In this document: in pieces, positions 7,967 through 18,370 of the stretch
Numbering within the stretch: the first letter of the stretch is position 1
Layout: each line of letters starts with the position of its first letter
From: Hyaloraphidium curvatum SAG 235-1
Lineage: Eukaryota; Fungi; Monoblepharomycota
DNA length: 28,112 bases
Direction: 5' to 3'
NCBI GenBank assembly: GCA_025558095.1
Contig: JAIVFI010000049.1
Coordinates: forward strand, 1-28,112
Program-made: the position numbers and the translations under genes
The notes under the pieces: model-generated
Database searches by the model: none
What the model saw: only the letters and a program-made list of their open reading frames with translations
Told to the model about the DNA's origin: nothing

Positions 7967-10900
7967 ATGGACACCCTCGCCGCCGCGGCGGCCGCGCTGG
8001 AGCCCGTCGCGGGCCCAGGTGCCGGCGGTGACGTCGACTCGACCCCCGCCCCGCGCGCCGCGCCCAAGCCGCGCAGGCCCGCCGCCGGAGCCGCCCCCGC
8101 CCGGGAGACGGGAGAAAGGAAGCGGAAGAGCGCGGGGGAGGGCGAGGGCGGCGCCGCTGCGGGCCCCGTCGCCTCCGCCGGCGGCCTGCAGGGCCCACCG
8201 AAGCGTCGGATCGCCGCGACCAAGCCCCCGTCGGCCAAGGCGCCCGGCGAACCGGGGCGCAAGCAGCCGGCAGGCATACGCAAGAAGGATCTGGCATCGG
8301 CCGGTGCTCCGGCAGCCCGCGGAGGTGCGGCGGGCGCCCCGGACGCGGCGGGCTCGGGAGGCAGCGGAGCGACGCGCAGGAGCAAGGTTGGCGACGCCGT
8401 CGTCCTGCACGAGGCGTCCCCGGGCGGGAATGATGCCGCTGCATCCGGTGCCGGGGCTCGCGCTCGCGGAGGAGGTGCTGGGGGCGACGGCGACGGCGCG
8501 CGGACCGGAGCTCCGGCTGGAGGGACGCCGGTCAAGGCAGGAACCCCTCCCGGCGGTCAGGAAGCGCAGAATCCTGGCGGCCAGGGATCAGATGGATCCG
8601 CTCCCGCGGCAACGGCTGCCTCGGTCCCTCCGGCGGAGGCTCCGGCTCGACCGACGGCGCGGAAGCCAAAGAGGAAGCGCGCCGCCGAAGACGACGGGGA
8701 TGCGGAGCGAGCCGGTGCCGAGCCCGGTGCAGACGGCGCGGACGGAGGCTTGGGCCCCGCCGAGCGCAGCGAGCTCGAGGAGGCGCTCCGTTCCGGCCCC
8801 GCCGTGTCGGACGACCTGGAGCGCCGGGCCGCCCTCGCCGCGGACGAGGCCTGGAAGAACAGGGAGAACAGCGGGACCACGGACAGCATCTACGCCTCGC
8901 ACTTTGAGCACTACAAGCTCTGGTGCGGCGGGAACGGCGTGGAGCCCTTCCCCGTCCTGCCGGCCAAGGCGGTGCTGTTCGCCGACTGGACGATGAAGCG
9001 GCCGCGCCTCAAGTCCGGCGTGAGGAAGGGCTCGAAGAAGGGGCGCACGGCGGACCAGGGCCCAGCAACCCTGGCGGCTTTGGAAGAGCTGTTCGTCACG
9101 GGCACTCGGATTGGGCCGGGTGTGGTCGGGGGCGTTCTCAACGCCCTCGAGTTCTTGCGCAAGGCCACGGCCATCGACTTCCCCGAGGCCGATTTCCCGC
9201 AGGCCCACCGCCCGCTCCGAAGCGATCCTCGGGTGACGCGGATCGAGAAGCTCTCGAAGCAGAACAGCGCGTCGCGGCAGGCAAACTCGGAGGAGATCAA
9301 GTCGGCCGGCGGCGCGTCCAAGACCTACAACCAGCAGCAGTACCGCGACGTCGCGGACTACCATCTGCTGCGAGCGGCGAACGGCAAGAAGGCTGCCGTC
9401 ACGCCGCAGGAGGCCGCCGCGGGGGTGCGCAACCGGGCACTGCACTTGATCTCGGGATCCTTGGCGGATCGGTCGTCGGACGTGCGCCCGACCGCGCTCT
9501 CGGACGTGCAGTTGCGCGAGGTGACTCTCCCAAAGACTGATCGCATTGTGGAGGTGGGCAGTCAATCTCCGTGGGTCGCGTGAAGCTTCCTAACGCTTGT
9601 TTGCCCGCCCAGCTCGGCGTCATCCTCGACAACAGCTCGAAAACAAACAAGGAAGGGGAGATCTTCGAGAAGGCGATGTTGCGGAACCCGGACGTCCGGA
9701 TCTGCCCCATCAACTCGCTCGCCCTGCACAGCTATGCAACGTACCACATCCTACAGGAGCGGCCCTCGGAGCTTGCCCCCGTTTTTGACGCCAAGAGCCC
9801 GCCGTACGGCCGCAGGGACTGGTACAAGATCCCGCTGTTTCCTGGGAACGGAGAGAAGGGGGAGATCGCGTACAAGAGTGGGTGGCCGCGGACTTCCCGC
9901 CTCTCCGTGAACTCACGGGCCCTTCTCCGCCGCAGCGCACTGGAAAGCAGTCACGGGAGCACACACGGCGCTCGGGCTCTTCGACGTCACGAAGAAGACC
10001 CACGCTGGGCGCTCGTACGCTCCGCGTCGCGCGCATGCCAAGGACTGTCCCGACGAGGACATGATGGCCCTGGGGCGGTGGAGCAACGGCAAGATCTTCC
10101 GGGAGCGATACTTGACGTCGATGCCGTGGCCGGCGGTCATCGCGACCGCCGACTCCGACGCCTCCAACCCGGCGGCCTACTACGTCCCGCGTGCGCAGCT
10201 CGGTGGGTGCCGTCGAATTGACACCTGGCGAGGCGCCACTGACGCAGCACGATCGATCGCGTCGATCCTGCAGAGCCGCCTGCGGAGCTCCAGCAACGCA
10301 TCATGCCTTGGGCAGACGCCTCGCTCGCTGCGTACAAGGAGCGCCTCGAACTGGACCCGTCCAAGTACCGCGACCCGTGCTGTGAGATGACCTGCAAGAG
10401 GTTCATTTTGGAGCGGAAGGTGCGGGGCGTCCCTTTTCCTCGGTCGTGCGTGCATGCGGGCGGTTGCTGACCACCCTGCTTTACTCTTGCAGATCCTCCT
10501 TCAAGACGCCCCGGAGCTCATCAACCATTTCGCCCCCGAGTTCAGCAAGGACGGCTACGATGCGCACGCGGACGACGGCCTCCCCTTCGTCTTCAAGACC
10601 GAGCTCTTCCTCTCCACCGAGTACCTGGTATGGCACCGCGAAGCGCTCGCCAAGATCGGCGAGCTGCGCGAGGCCGTGCGCCACGTGGCTGGGCCGAAGG
10701 AGTTTGTGAACGCATCGTGCCGCTCTTTCAGCAGCAGAACCTACTCTTCGGGCGCCTCGAGGAGGCTGTCTCGCGCAAGCCGGACGGGGCGTCGGCAGAC
10801 CTGCGCACCGCGGTGCGCGAGGACGTGCGCGAGGACATGACCGTCCTCTACAACACGCTCGTGGAGACCCTCGACTCCACCATGGAGCAGGCCATGGAGC

Positions 10901-11790
10901 ATCTGACCGAGACGGTCACGGACGTGGTGCAGGACGTGTTCCGCAAGGCTGTGCCTTCCTTGGCGGCGGCCCTGCAGGCCCAGGTGCCGGCCGTCTCGGC
11001 CGGAAGCCCGGGCGTCTCCACCTCCTCCCCTTCGGCCCCGGCCCTCGCCAATCCATCGGCAACGGAGCTCCCGGTGCTCCTTCCCCGCCCGCAGCCCGTT
11101 TCCCAGGACGGTGGCGCCGGCCTGGGTGTTCCCCGCCCCCTGCTTTGCTTCCCCCGGCCTCCGAGCTTTCCCCCCTCCGGAAGCCCGGTCTCCGCCCTTG
11201 CTCCGCAGCCCAGCACCTCTGCAGCTCCCTCAGAACCTGCCCAGGGACCGGCAGCTGCCCCCTCGGCCGGCGCTGCGGCGGCAACGGGCCTCGACGCCGC
11301 CCAGGCGGAGAAGCGGGCGCTGGAGGCGTCGCGGCTGCGGCAAAAGTACGGAGCCAAGCTCCAGGGCATCGACATTGTTTTCCACAACGGGCAGATGGTA
11401 CCGGCGTACGAGCTTGCCGCCGGGAAGCTGTCGATCGAGGACGCCTACAACGAGATCTACGTCGGGCGCGATGGCAAGATCTCGGTGGAGGAGCTGGACA
11501 GGGACTTTGGGCCCAAGTGGCGGCGGAACAACAACCGCATCCAAACCGAATACGGAAGGCGGAAAGCGATCAAGGAGGAGCTGGAGAAGATCCGGCGCGG
11601 CCCGCCCGCAAAGTCGCCGACGGCGGCGCTCCGGGCCCTCAAGGACAGGTTCACGGACAATGGGGCGGAGCTGACGGCGCGGCAGGTGAGCGACCGGCTC
11701 CAGAAGGCGGCGCGGGACGCCGCCAAGGCTGCGAAGGAGGCGGCGGGCGGGGCGGGGACGGGTGCGGCCGCGCAGGGGGCTGCGGCGTGA
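7967..11790 (+). CDS. Crypton tyrosine recombinase (Ndc10-II-like YR domain + C-terminal GCR1_C domain), copy 1; predicted exons 7967-9553, 9613-9877, 9936-10202, 10274-10419, 10493-10675, 10732-11790 (about 1168 aa)
   Basis: Manual splicing at GT..AG introns of 59, 58, 71, 73 and 56 bp gives one open frame. Catalytic residues: R (LADRSSD, 9470), K (SKTNKEG, 9640), HxxR (KKTHAGR, 10001-10012), W (LGRW, 10079), Y (RERYL, 10109). It also has the Crypton/Ndc10-like motifs RNPDVRICPINSLAL, PPAELQQRIMPW and ILLQD, and a GCR1_C-like segment YEL...SIEDAYNEIYVG...SVEELDRDFGPKWR...YGRRKAI. The fifth intron is the least certain. Confidence 0.88.
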
Positions 11791-12090
11791 CGGAAGGCGG
11801 GTCTTCTTGGGACATGGGGCAGTAGCGAGGTAGCGGAGGATCTTTTCGTTCTTTTCCCTGTGTTTGGTTCGGTTCAAGAATTGTAGGCCTCAGAAATCCG
11901 GTCAATCCAGTCCAGTCTGCCAGCGGGCGGCGCCCGCGGGCTCGCAAAACCTCCAGGAGGCCGGCAAGGCCGCCAGTCGCGGGCACCCTGCGCTGGCAAG
12001 AGCCGCGCTGGGCTCGTTGTCCGATTTTGCGGTCCGTTGCCGCGCTGTATCGCGGGGGTAGAGGGGTGGCGGCGAACCCACGGCACTGCC

Positions 12091-12420
12091 CCCCCACATC
12101 CCCCTCCCGCCGGCGGGAACCCCCGGAAAATCCGAACGGCCAGCGAGTTCAATACCGCGGGCACCTCGAACGGGGATTTGTCCGGCCCTTCGACCCATCC
12201 ATCCCGTGTTTCGCCTCCGGAAGAACCGGCGCCCGACCGACGGTCCCCCACATCCCCCCTCCCGCCGGCGACAGCTCCCGGAAAACCCCAACGGCCAGCG
12301 AGCCCAATGCCGTGGGCACCTCGAACGGCGATTTGTCGAGGCTTCGACCCGTCCGCCCGGTGTTTCGCCTCGAAGAGCCGGCTTCCGCCAGACGGCCCTC
12401 CCCATCCCCCCTCCCGCCGC
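12091..12420 (+). repeat. diverged ~154-bp tandem repeat (2 units plus the start of a third) in the Crypton 3' non-coding region, copy 1
   Basis: Units begin with cccccacatccccc(c)tcccgccggcg at 12091 and 12245, with a partial unit near 12400. Shared blocks include aacggccagcgag, gggcacctcgaacgg, gatttgtc, cttcgaccc and gtgtttcgcctc. Confidence 0.85.
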
Positions 12421-12894
12421 CCTCCGGTCCCTCTGGGAGCTGGTCCAAACCGGTGCAGCAACGGTGCCCGGCCTCGGCGCGACGCACGCCGGCCGGCGGA
12501 CCCGGCGGCGCCGCGGGAACACGGCACCTCCCGCGGGGGGTTCCCGCCCGCGGCCGCAATTGCGGGCTCCCCCACCGCCACGCCCGCCGCCGCGGGCCCG
12601 CACGCCGGGGCGCCGCACGGCCCGACCGGTGCCGGAGTCGCAGCGCCGCGCGGCGGCCCGGGGGGAGCGGCGGTGCGGCGCGCGGGAGCGCGGCCGGCTT
12701 CGCCCCTCCGCGGTCGGGGCCAAACACCGCCGCCGCCGCGGCCGCCGCCGACCACGGCGCCGCGCAGGCGGATCCCGCGGCCGCGCTGCAGGCCGGGCGG
12801 GCGGGGGGCGGCGGCCGTGGGGCAGCGGGGGAAAGGCGGTCCGGCTCCGGGGGAATGTTACACGCCCTGGGTGGGTTCGAGTCTGGCGGGGCCA

Positions 12895-13124
12895 ATTAGA
12901 GCTGACCGCGGAACTGGCCGGGGAATGTTATGCGCATAACATTCCCTGCGGTCAGGGCGGCTAACGATCGGGCGGTCAGGTCTAGTTCAATTAGGCGGCG
13001 GTCAGGGGTTTGGGGGCTGACCACGGTGCACACACACAGAGCATAATAATCACGGGCTTAGGCGGACGGTCAGGTCCGCGGCCAGGCTAACCGGGCGGGC
13101 GGCCAGCTCTAACGCGCTGACCGC
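12895..13124. other. right-end/left-end junction of the Crypton (circle-junction or attP-like site) with arrayed GCGGTCAG-type motifs
   Basis: Reads ...ctgaccacggTGCAC-acacaca-GAGCAtaataatcacggg..., with repeated GCGGTCAG/CTGACCGC motifs on both sides. Confidence 0.7.
12921..12946. repeat. perfect 26-bp palindrome GGGAATGTTATGCGCATAACATTCCC near the Crypton right end, copy 1
   Basis: GGGAATGTTATGC is the exact reverse complement of GCATAACATTCCC. An extra half-site GGGAATGTTA lies at 12851-12860. Confidence 0.95.
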
Positions 13125-13390
13125 ACAAACGCTACCCCGAAGCAACCGCCCGAACGCGGGCAAACACCCCCGCGCGGGCCCCGCCGACAGCGCAGAGCCG
13201 GACAGCTGTCGCGCGCCGAGCTCCCCGGGCCGGCGCTTCGCGCCGCGGAGGCCCGGTGCGCGAGCGGCGCCGCATCGCCCGCGGGCAAACGCTGACAGGT
13301 CGCGCGCGCGGGTTCCCCCGCGGTCCTCCCGCGCCGCGGTCCTCCCGCGCCGCGGACCCCATAGATTCGGCGGACCCCATAGATTCGCGC

Positions 13391-16300
13391 ATGGACACCC
13401 TCGCCGCCGCGGCGGCCGCGCTGGAGCCCGTCGCGGGCCCAGGTGCCGGCGGTGACGTCGACTCGACCCCCGCCCCGCGCGCCGCGCCCAAGCCGCGCAG
13501 GCCCGCCGCCGGAGCCGCCCCCGCCCGGGAGACGGGAGAAAGGAAGCGGAAGAGCGCGGGGGAGGGCGAGGGCGGCGCCGCTGCGGGCCCCGTCGCCTCC
13601 GCCGGCGGCCTGCAGGGCCCACCGAAGCGTCGGATCGCCGCGACCAAGCCCCCGTCGGCCAAGGCGCCCGGCGAACCGGGGCGCAAGCAGCCGGCAGGCA
13701 TACGCAAGAAGGATCTGGCATCGGCCGGTGCTCCGGCAGCCCGCGGAGGTGCGGCGGGCGCCCCGGACGCGGCGGGCTCGGGAGGCAGCGGAGCGACGCG
13801 CAGGAGCAAGGTTGGCGACGCCGTCGTCCTGCACGAGGCGTCCCCGGGCGGGAATGATGCCGCTGCATCCGGTGCCGGGGCTCGCGCTCGCGGAGGAGGT
13901 GCTGGGGGCGACGGCGACGGCGCGCGGACCGGAGCTCCGGCTGGAGGGGCGCCGGTCAAGGCAGGAACCCCTCCCGGCGGTCAGGAAGCGCAGAATCCTG
14001 GCGGCCAGGGATCAGATGGATCCGCTCCCGCGGCAACGGCTGCCTCGGTCCCTCCGGCGGAGGCTCCGGCTCGACCGACGGCGCGGAAGCCAAAGAGGAA
14101 GCGCGCCGCCGAAGACGACGGGGATGCGGAGCGAGCCGGTGCCGAGCCCGGTGCAGACGGCGCGGACGGAGGCTTGGGCCCCGCCGAGCGCAGCGAGCTC
14201 GAGGAGGCGCTCCGTTCCGGCCCCGCCGTGTCGGACGACCTGGAGCGCCGGGCCGCCCTCGCCGCGGACGAGGCCTGGAAGAACAGGGAGAACAGCGGGA
14301 CCACGGACAGCATCTACGCCTCGCACTTTGAGCACTACAAGCTCTGGTGCGGCGGGAACGGCGTGGAGCCCTTCCCCGTCCTGCCGGCCAAGGCGGTGCT
14401 GTTCGCCGACTGGACGATGAAGCGGCCGCGCCTCAAGTCCGGCGTGAGGAAGGGCTCGAAGAAGGGGCGCACGGCGGACCAGGGCCCAGCAACCCTGGCG
14501 GCTTTGGAAGAGCTGTTCGTCACGGGCACTCGGATTGGGCCGGGTGTGGTCGGGGGCGTTCTCAACGCCCTCGAGTTCTTGCGCAAGGCCACGGCCATCG
14601 ACTTCCCCGAGGCCGATTTCCCGCAGGCCCACCGCCCGCTCCGAAGCGATCCTCGGGTGACGCGGATCGAGAAGCTCTCGAAGCAGAACAGCGCGTCGCG
14701 GCAGGCAAACTCGGAGGAGATCAAGTCGGCCGGCGGCGCGTCCAAGACCTACAACCAGCAGCAGTACCGCGACGTCGCGGACTACCATCTGCTGCGAGCG
14801 GCGAACGGCAAGAAGGCTGCCGTCACGCCGCAGGAGGCCGCCGCGGGGGTGCGCAACCGGGCACTGCACTTGATCTCGGGATCCTTGGCGGATCGGTCGT
14901 CGGACGTGCGCCCGACCGCGCTCTCGGACGTGCAGTTGCGCGAGGTGACTCTCCCAAAGACTGATCGCATTGTGGAGGTGGGCAGTCAATCTCCGTGGGT
15001 CGCGTGAAGCTTCCTAACGCTTGTTTGCCCGCCCAGCTCGGCGTCATCCTCGACAACAGCTCGAAAACAAACAAGGAAGGGGAGATCTTCGAGAAGGCGA
15101 TGTTGCGGAACCCGGACGTCCGGATCTGCCCCATCAACTCGCTCGCCCTGCACAGCTATGCAACGTACCACATCCTACAGGAGCGGCCCTCGGAGCTTGC
15201 CCCCGTTTTTGACGCCAAGAGCCCGCCGTACGGCCGCAGGGACTGGTACAAGATCCCGCTGTTTCCTGGGAACGGAGAGAAGGGGGAGATCGCGTACAAG
15301 AGTGGGTGGCCGCGGACTTCCCGCCTCTCCGTGAACTCACGGGCCCTTCTCCGCCGCAGCGCACTGGAAAGCAGTCACGGGAGCACACACGGCGCTCGGG
15401 CTCTTCGACGTCACGAAGAAGACCCACGCTGGGCGCTCGTACGCTCCGCGTCGCGCGCATGCCAAGGACTGTCCCGACGAGGACATGATGGCCCTGGGGC
15501 GGTGGAGCAACGGCAAGATCTTCCGGGAGCGATACTTGACGTCGATGCCGTGGCCGGCGGTCATCGCGACCGCCGACTCCGACGCCTCCAACCCGGCGGC
15601 CTACTACGTCCCGCGTGCGCAGCTCGGTGGGTGCCGTCGAATTGACACCTGGCGAGGCGCCACTGACGCAGCACGATCGATCGCGTCGATCCTGCAGAGC
15701 CGCCTGCGGAGCTCCAGCAACGCATCATGCCTTGGGCAGACGCCTCGCTCGCTGCGTACAAGGAGCGCCTCGAACTGGACCCGTCCAAGTACCGCGACCC
15801 GTGCTGTGAGATGACCTGCAAGAGGTTCATTTTGGAGCGGAAGGTGCGGGGCGTCCCTTTTCCTCGGTCGTGCGTGCATGCGGGCGGTTGCTGACCACCC
15901 TGCTTTACTCTTGCAGATCCTCCTTCAAGACGCCCCGGAGCTCATCAACCATTTCGCCCCCGAGTTCAGCAAGGACGGCTACGATGCGCACGCGGACGAC
16001 GGCCTCCCCTTCGTCTTCAAGACCGAGCTCTTCCTCTCCACCGAGTACCTGGTATGGCACCGCGAAGCGCTCGCCAAGATCGGCGAGCTGCGCGAGGCCG
16101 TGCGCCACGTGGCTGGGCCGAAGGAGTTTGTGAACGCATCGTGCCGCTCTTTCAGCAGCAGAACCTACTCTTCGGGCGCCTCGAGGAGGCTGTCTCGCGC
16201 AAGCCGGACGGGGCGTCGGCAGACCTGCGCACCGCGGTGCGCGAGGACGTGCGCGAGGACATGACCGTCCTCTACAACACGCTCGTGGAGACCCTCGACT

Positions 16301-17214
16301 CCACCATGGAGCAGGCCATGGAGCATCTGACCGAGACGGTCACGGACGTGGTGCAGGACGTGTTCCGCAAGGCTGTGCCTTCCTTGGCGGCGGCCCTGCA
16401 GGCCCAGGTGCCGGCCGTCTCGGCCGGAAGCCCGGGCGTCTCCACCTCCTCCCCTTCGGCCCCGGCCCTCGCCAATCCATCGGCAACGGAGCTCCCGGTG
16501 CTCCTTCCCCGCCCGCAGCCCGTTTCCCAGGACGGTGGCGCCGGCCTGGGTGTTCCCCGCCCCCTGCTTTGCTTCCCCCGGCCTCCGAGCTTTCCCCCCT
16601 CCGGAAGCCCGGTCTCCGCCCTTGCTCCGCAGCCCAGCACCTCTGCAGCTCCCTCAGAACCTGCCCAGGGACCGGCAGCTGCCCCCTCGGCCGGCGCTGC
16701 GGCGGCAACGGGCCTCGACGCCGCCCAGGCGGAGAAGCGGGCGCTGGAGGCGTCGCGGCTGCGGCAAAAGTACGGAGCCAAGCTCCAGGGCATCGACATT
16801 GTTTTCCACAACGGGCAGATGGTACCGGCGTACGAGCTTGCCGCCGGGAAGCTGTCGATCGAGGACGCCTACAACGAGATCTACGTCGGGCGCGATGGCA
16901 AGATCTCGGTGGAGGAGCTGGACAGGGACTTTGGGCCCAAGTGGCGGCGGAACAACAACCGCATCCAAACCGAATACGGAAGGCGGAAAGCGATCAAGGA
17001 GGAGCTGGAGAAGATCCGGCGCGGCCCGCCCGCAAAGTCGCCGACGGCGGCGCTCCGGGCCCTCAAGGACAGGTTCACGGACAATGGGGCGGAGCTGACG
17101 GCGCGGCAGGTGAGCGACCGGCTCCAGAAGGCGGCGCGGGACGCCGCCAAGGCTGCGAAGGAGGCGGCGGGCGGGGCGGGGACGGGTGCGGCCGCGCAGG
17201 GGGCTGCGGCGTGA
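13391..17214 (+). CDS. Crypton tyrosine recombinase, copy 2; predicted exons 13391-14977, 15037-15301, 15360-15626, 15698-15843, 15917-16099, 16156-17214
   Basis: Same as copy 1 shifted by 5424, with one T/A amino-acid difference in the low-complexity N-terminus (GGTPV vs GGAPV). Confidence 0.88.
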
Positions 17215-17514
17215 CGGAAGGCGGGTCTTCTTGGGACATGGGGCAGTAGCGAGGTAGCGGAGGATCTTTTCGTTCTTTTCCCTGTGTTTGGTTCGGTTCA
17301 AGAATTGTAGGCCTCAGAAATCCGGTCAATCCAGTCCAGTCTGCCAGCGGGCGGCGCCCGCGGGCTCGCAAAACCTCCAGGAGGCCGGCAAGGCCGCCAG
17401 TCGCGGGCACCCTGCGCTGGCAAGAGCCGCGCTGGGCTCGTTGTCCGATTTTGCGGTCCGTTGCCGCGCTGTATCGCGGGGGTAGAGGGGTGGCGGCGAA
17501 CCCACGGCACTGCC

Positions 17515-17844
17515 CCCCCACATCCCCCTCCCGCCGGCGGGAACCCCCGGAAAATCCGAACGGCCAGCGAGTTCAATACCGCGGGCACCTCGAACGGGGA
17601 TTTGTCCGGCCCTTCGACCCATCCATCCCGTGTTTCGCCTCCGGAAGAACCGGCGCCCGACCGACGGTCCCCCACATCCCCCCTCCCGCCGGCGACAGCT
17701 CCCGGAAAACCCCAACGGCCAGCGAGCCCAATGCCGTGGGCACCTCGAACGGCGATTTGTCGAGGCTTCGACCCGTCCGCCCGGTGTTTCGCCTCGAAGA
17801 GCCGGCTTCCGCCAGACGGCCCTCCCCATCCCCCCTCCCGCCGC
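17515..17844 (+). repeat. diverged ~154-bp tandem repeat, copy 2
   Basis: Same as 12091-12420 shifted by 5424. Confidence 0.85.
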
Positions 17845-18344
17845 CCTCCGGTCCCTCTGGGAGCTGGTCCAAACCGGTGCAGCAACGGTGCCCGGCCTCG
17901 GCGCGACGCACGCCGGCCGGCGGACCCGGCGGCGCCGCGGGAACACGGCACCTCCCGCGGGGGGTTCCCGCCCGCGGCCGCAATTGCGGGCTCCCCCACC
18001 GCCACGCCCGCCGCCGCGGGCCCGCACGCCGGGGCGCCGCACGGCCCGACCGGTGCCGGAGTCGCAGCGCCGCGCGGCGGCCCGGGGGGAGCGGCGGTGC
18101 GGCGCGCGGGAGCGCGGCCGGCTTCGCCCCTCCGCGGTCGGGGCCAAACACCGCCGCCGCCGCGGCCGCCGCCGACCACGGCGCCGCGCAGGCGGATCCC
18201 GCGGCCGCGCTGCAGGCCGGGCGGGCGGGGGGCGGCGGCCGTGGGGCAGCGGGGGAAAGGCGGTCCGGCTCCGGGGGAATGTTACACGCCCTGGGTGGGT
18301 TCGAGTCTGGCGGGGCCAATTAGAGCTGACCGCGGAACTGGCCG

Positions 18345-18370
18345 GGGAATGTTATGCGCATAACATTCCC
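18345..18370. repeat. perfect 26-bp palindrome, copy 2
   Basis: Same as 12921-12946 shifted by 5424. Confidence 0.95.

Larger units (their letters stand above)
7612..13035 (+). mobile_element. Crypton (CryptonF-like) tyrosine-recombinase DNA transposon, copy 1 (5424 bp)
   Basis: The unit is repeated at an offset of exactly 5424 bp. It encodes an intron-containing YR + GCR1_C protein, has no RT, LTR or long TIR, and has a short direct repeat (ACA, degenerate AYAYACA) at all three junctions. Confidence 0.9.

Noticed and set aside
7967-11790. Domesticated host gene (Ndc10/Gcr1/Msn1/Hot1-like) in a plain segmental duplication
   Set aside because: All catalytic residues are retained and the duplication endpoints coincide with motif-rich termini and a shared micro-direct repeat.
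12091-12420. CRISPR-like array
   Set aside because: These are whole-unit diverged tandem repeats without unique spacers, there are no cas genes, and the context is eukaryotic.
11864-12964. Overlapping 250-300-aa ORFs on both strands in the Crypton 3' region (and 17288-18388) as cargo genes
   Set aside because: Low-complexity P/R/A/G translations, mostly non-ATG starts and no recognisable motifs; such ORFs are expected from stop-codon scarcity at very high GC.
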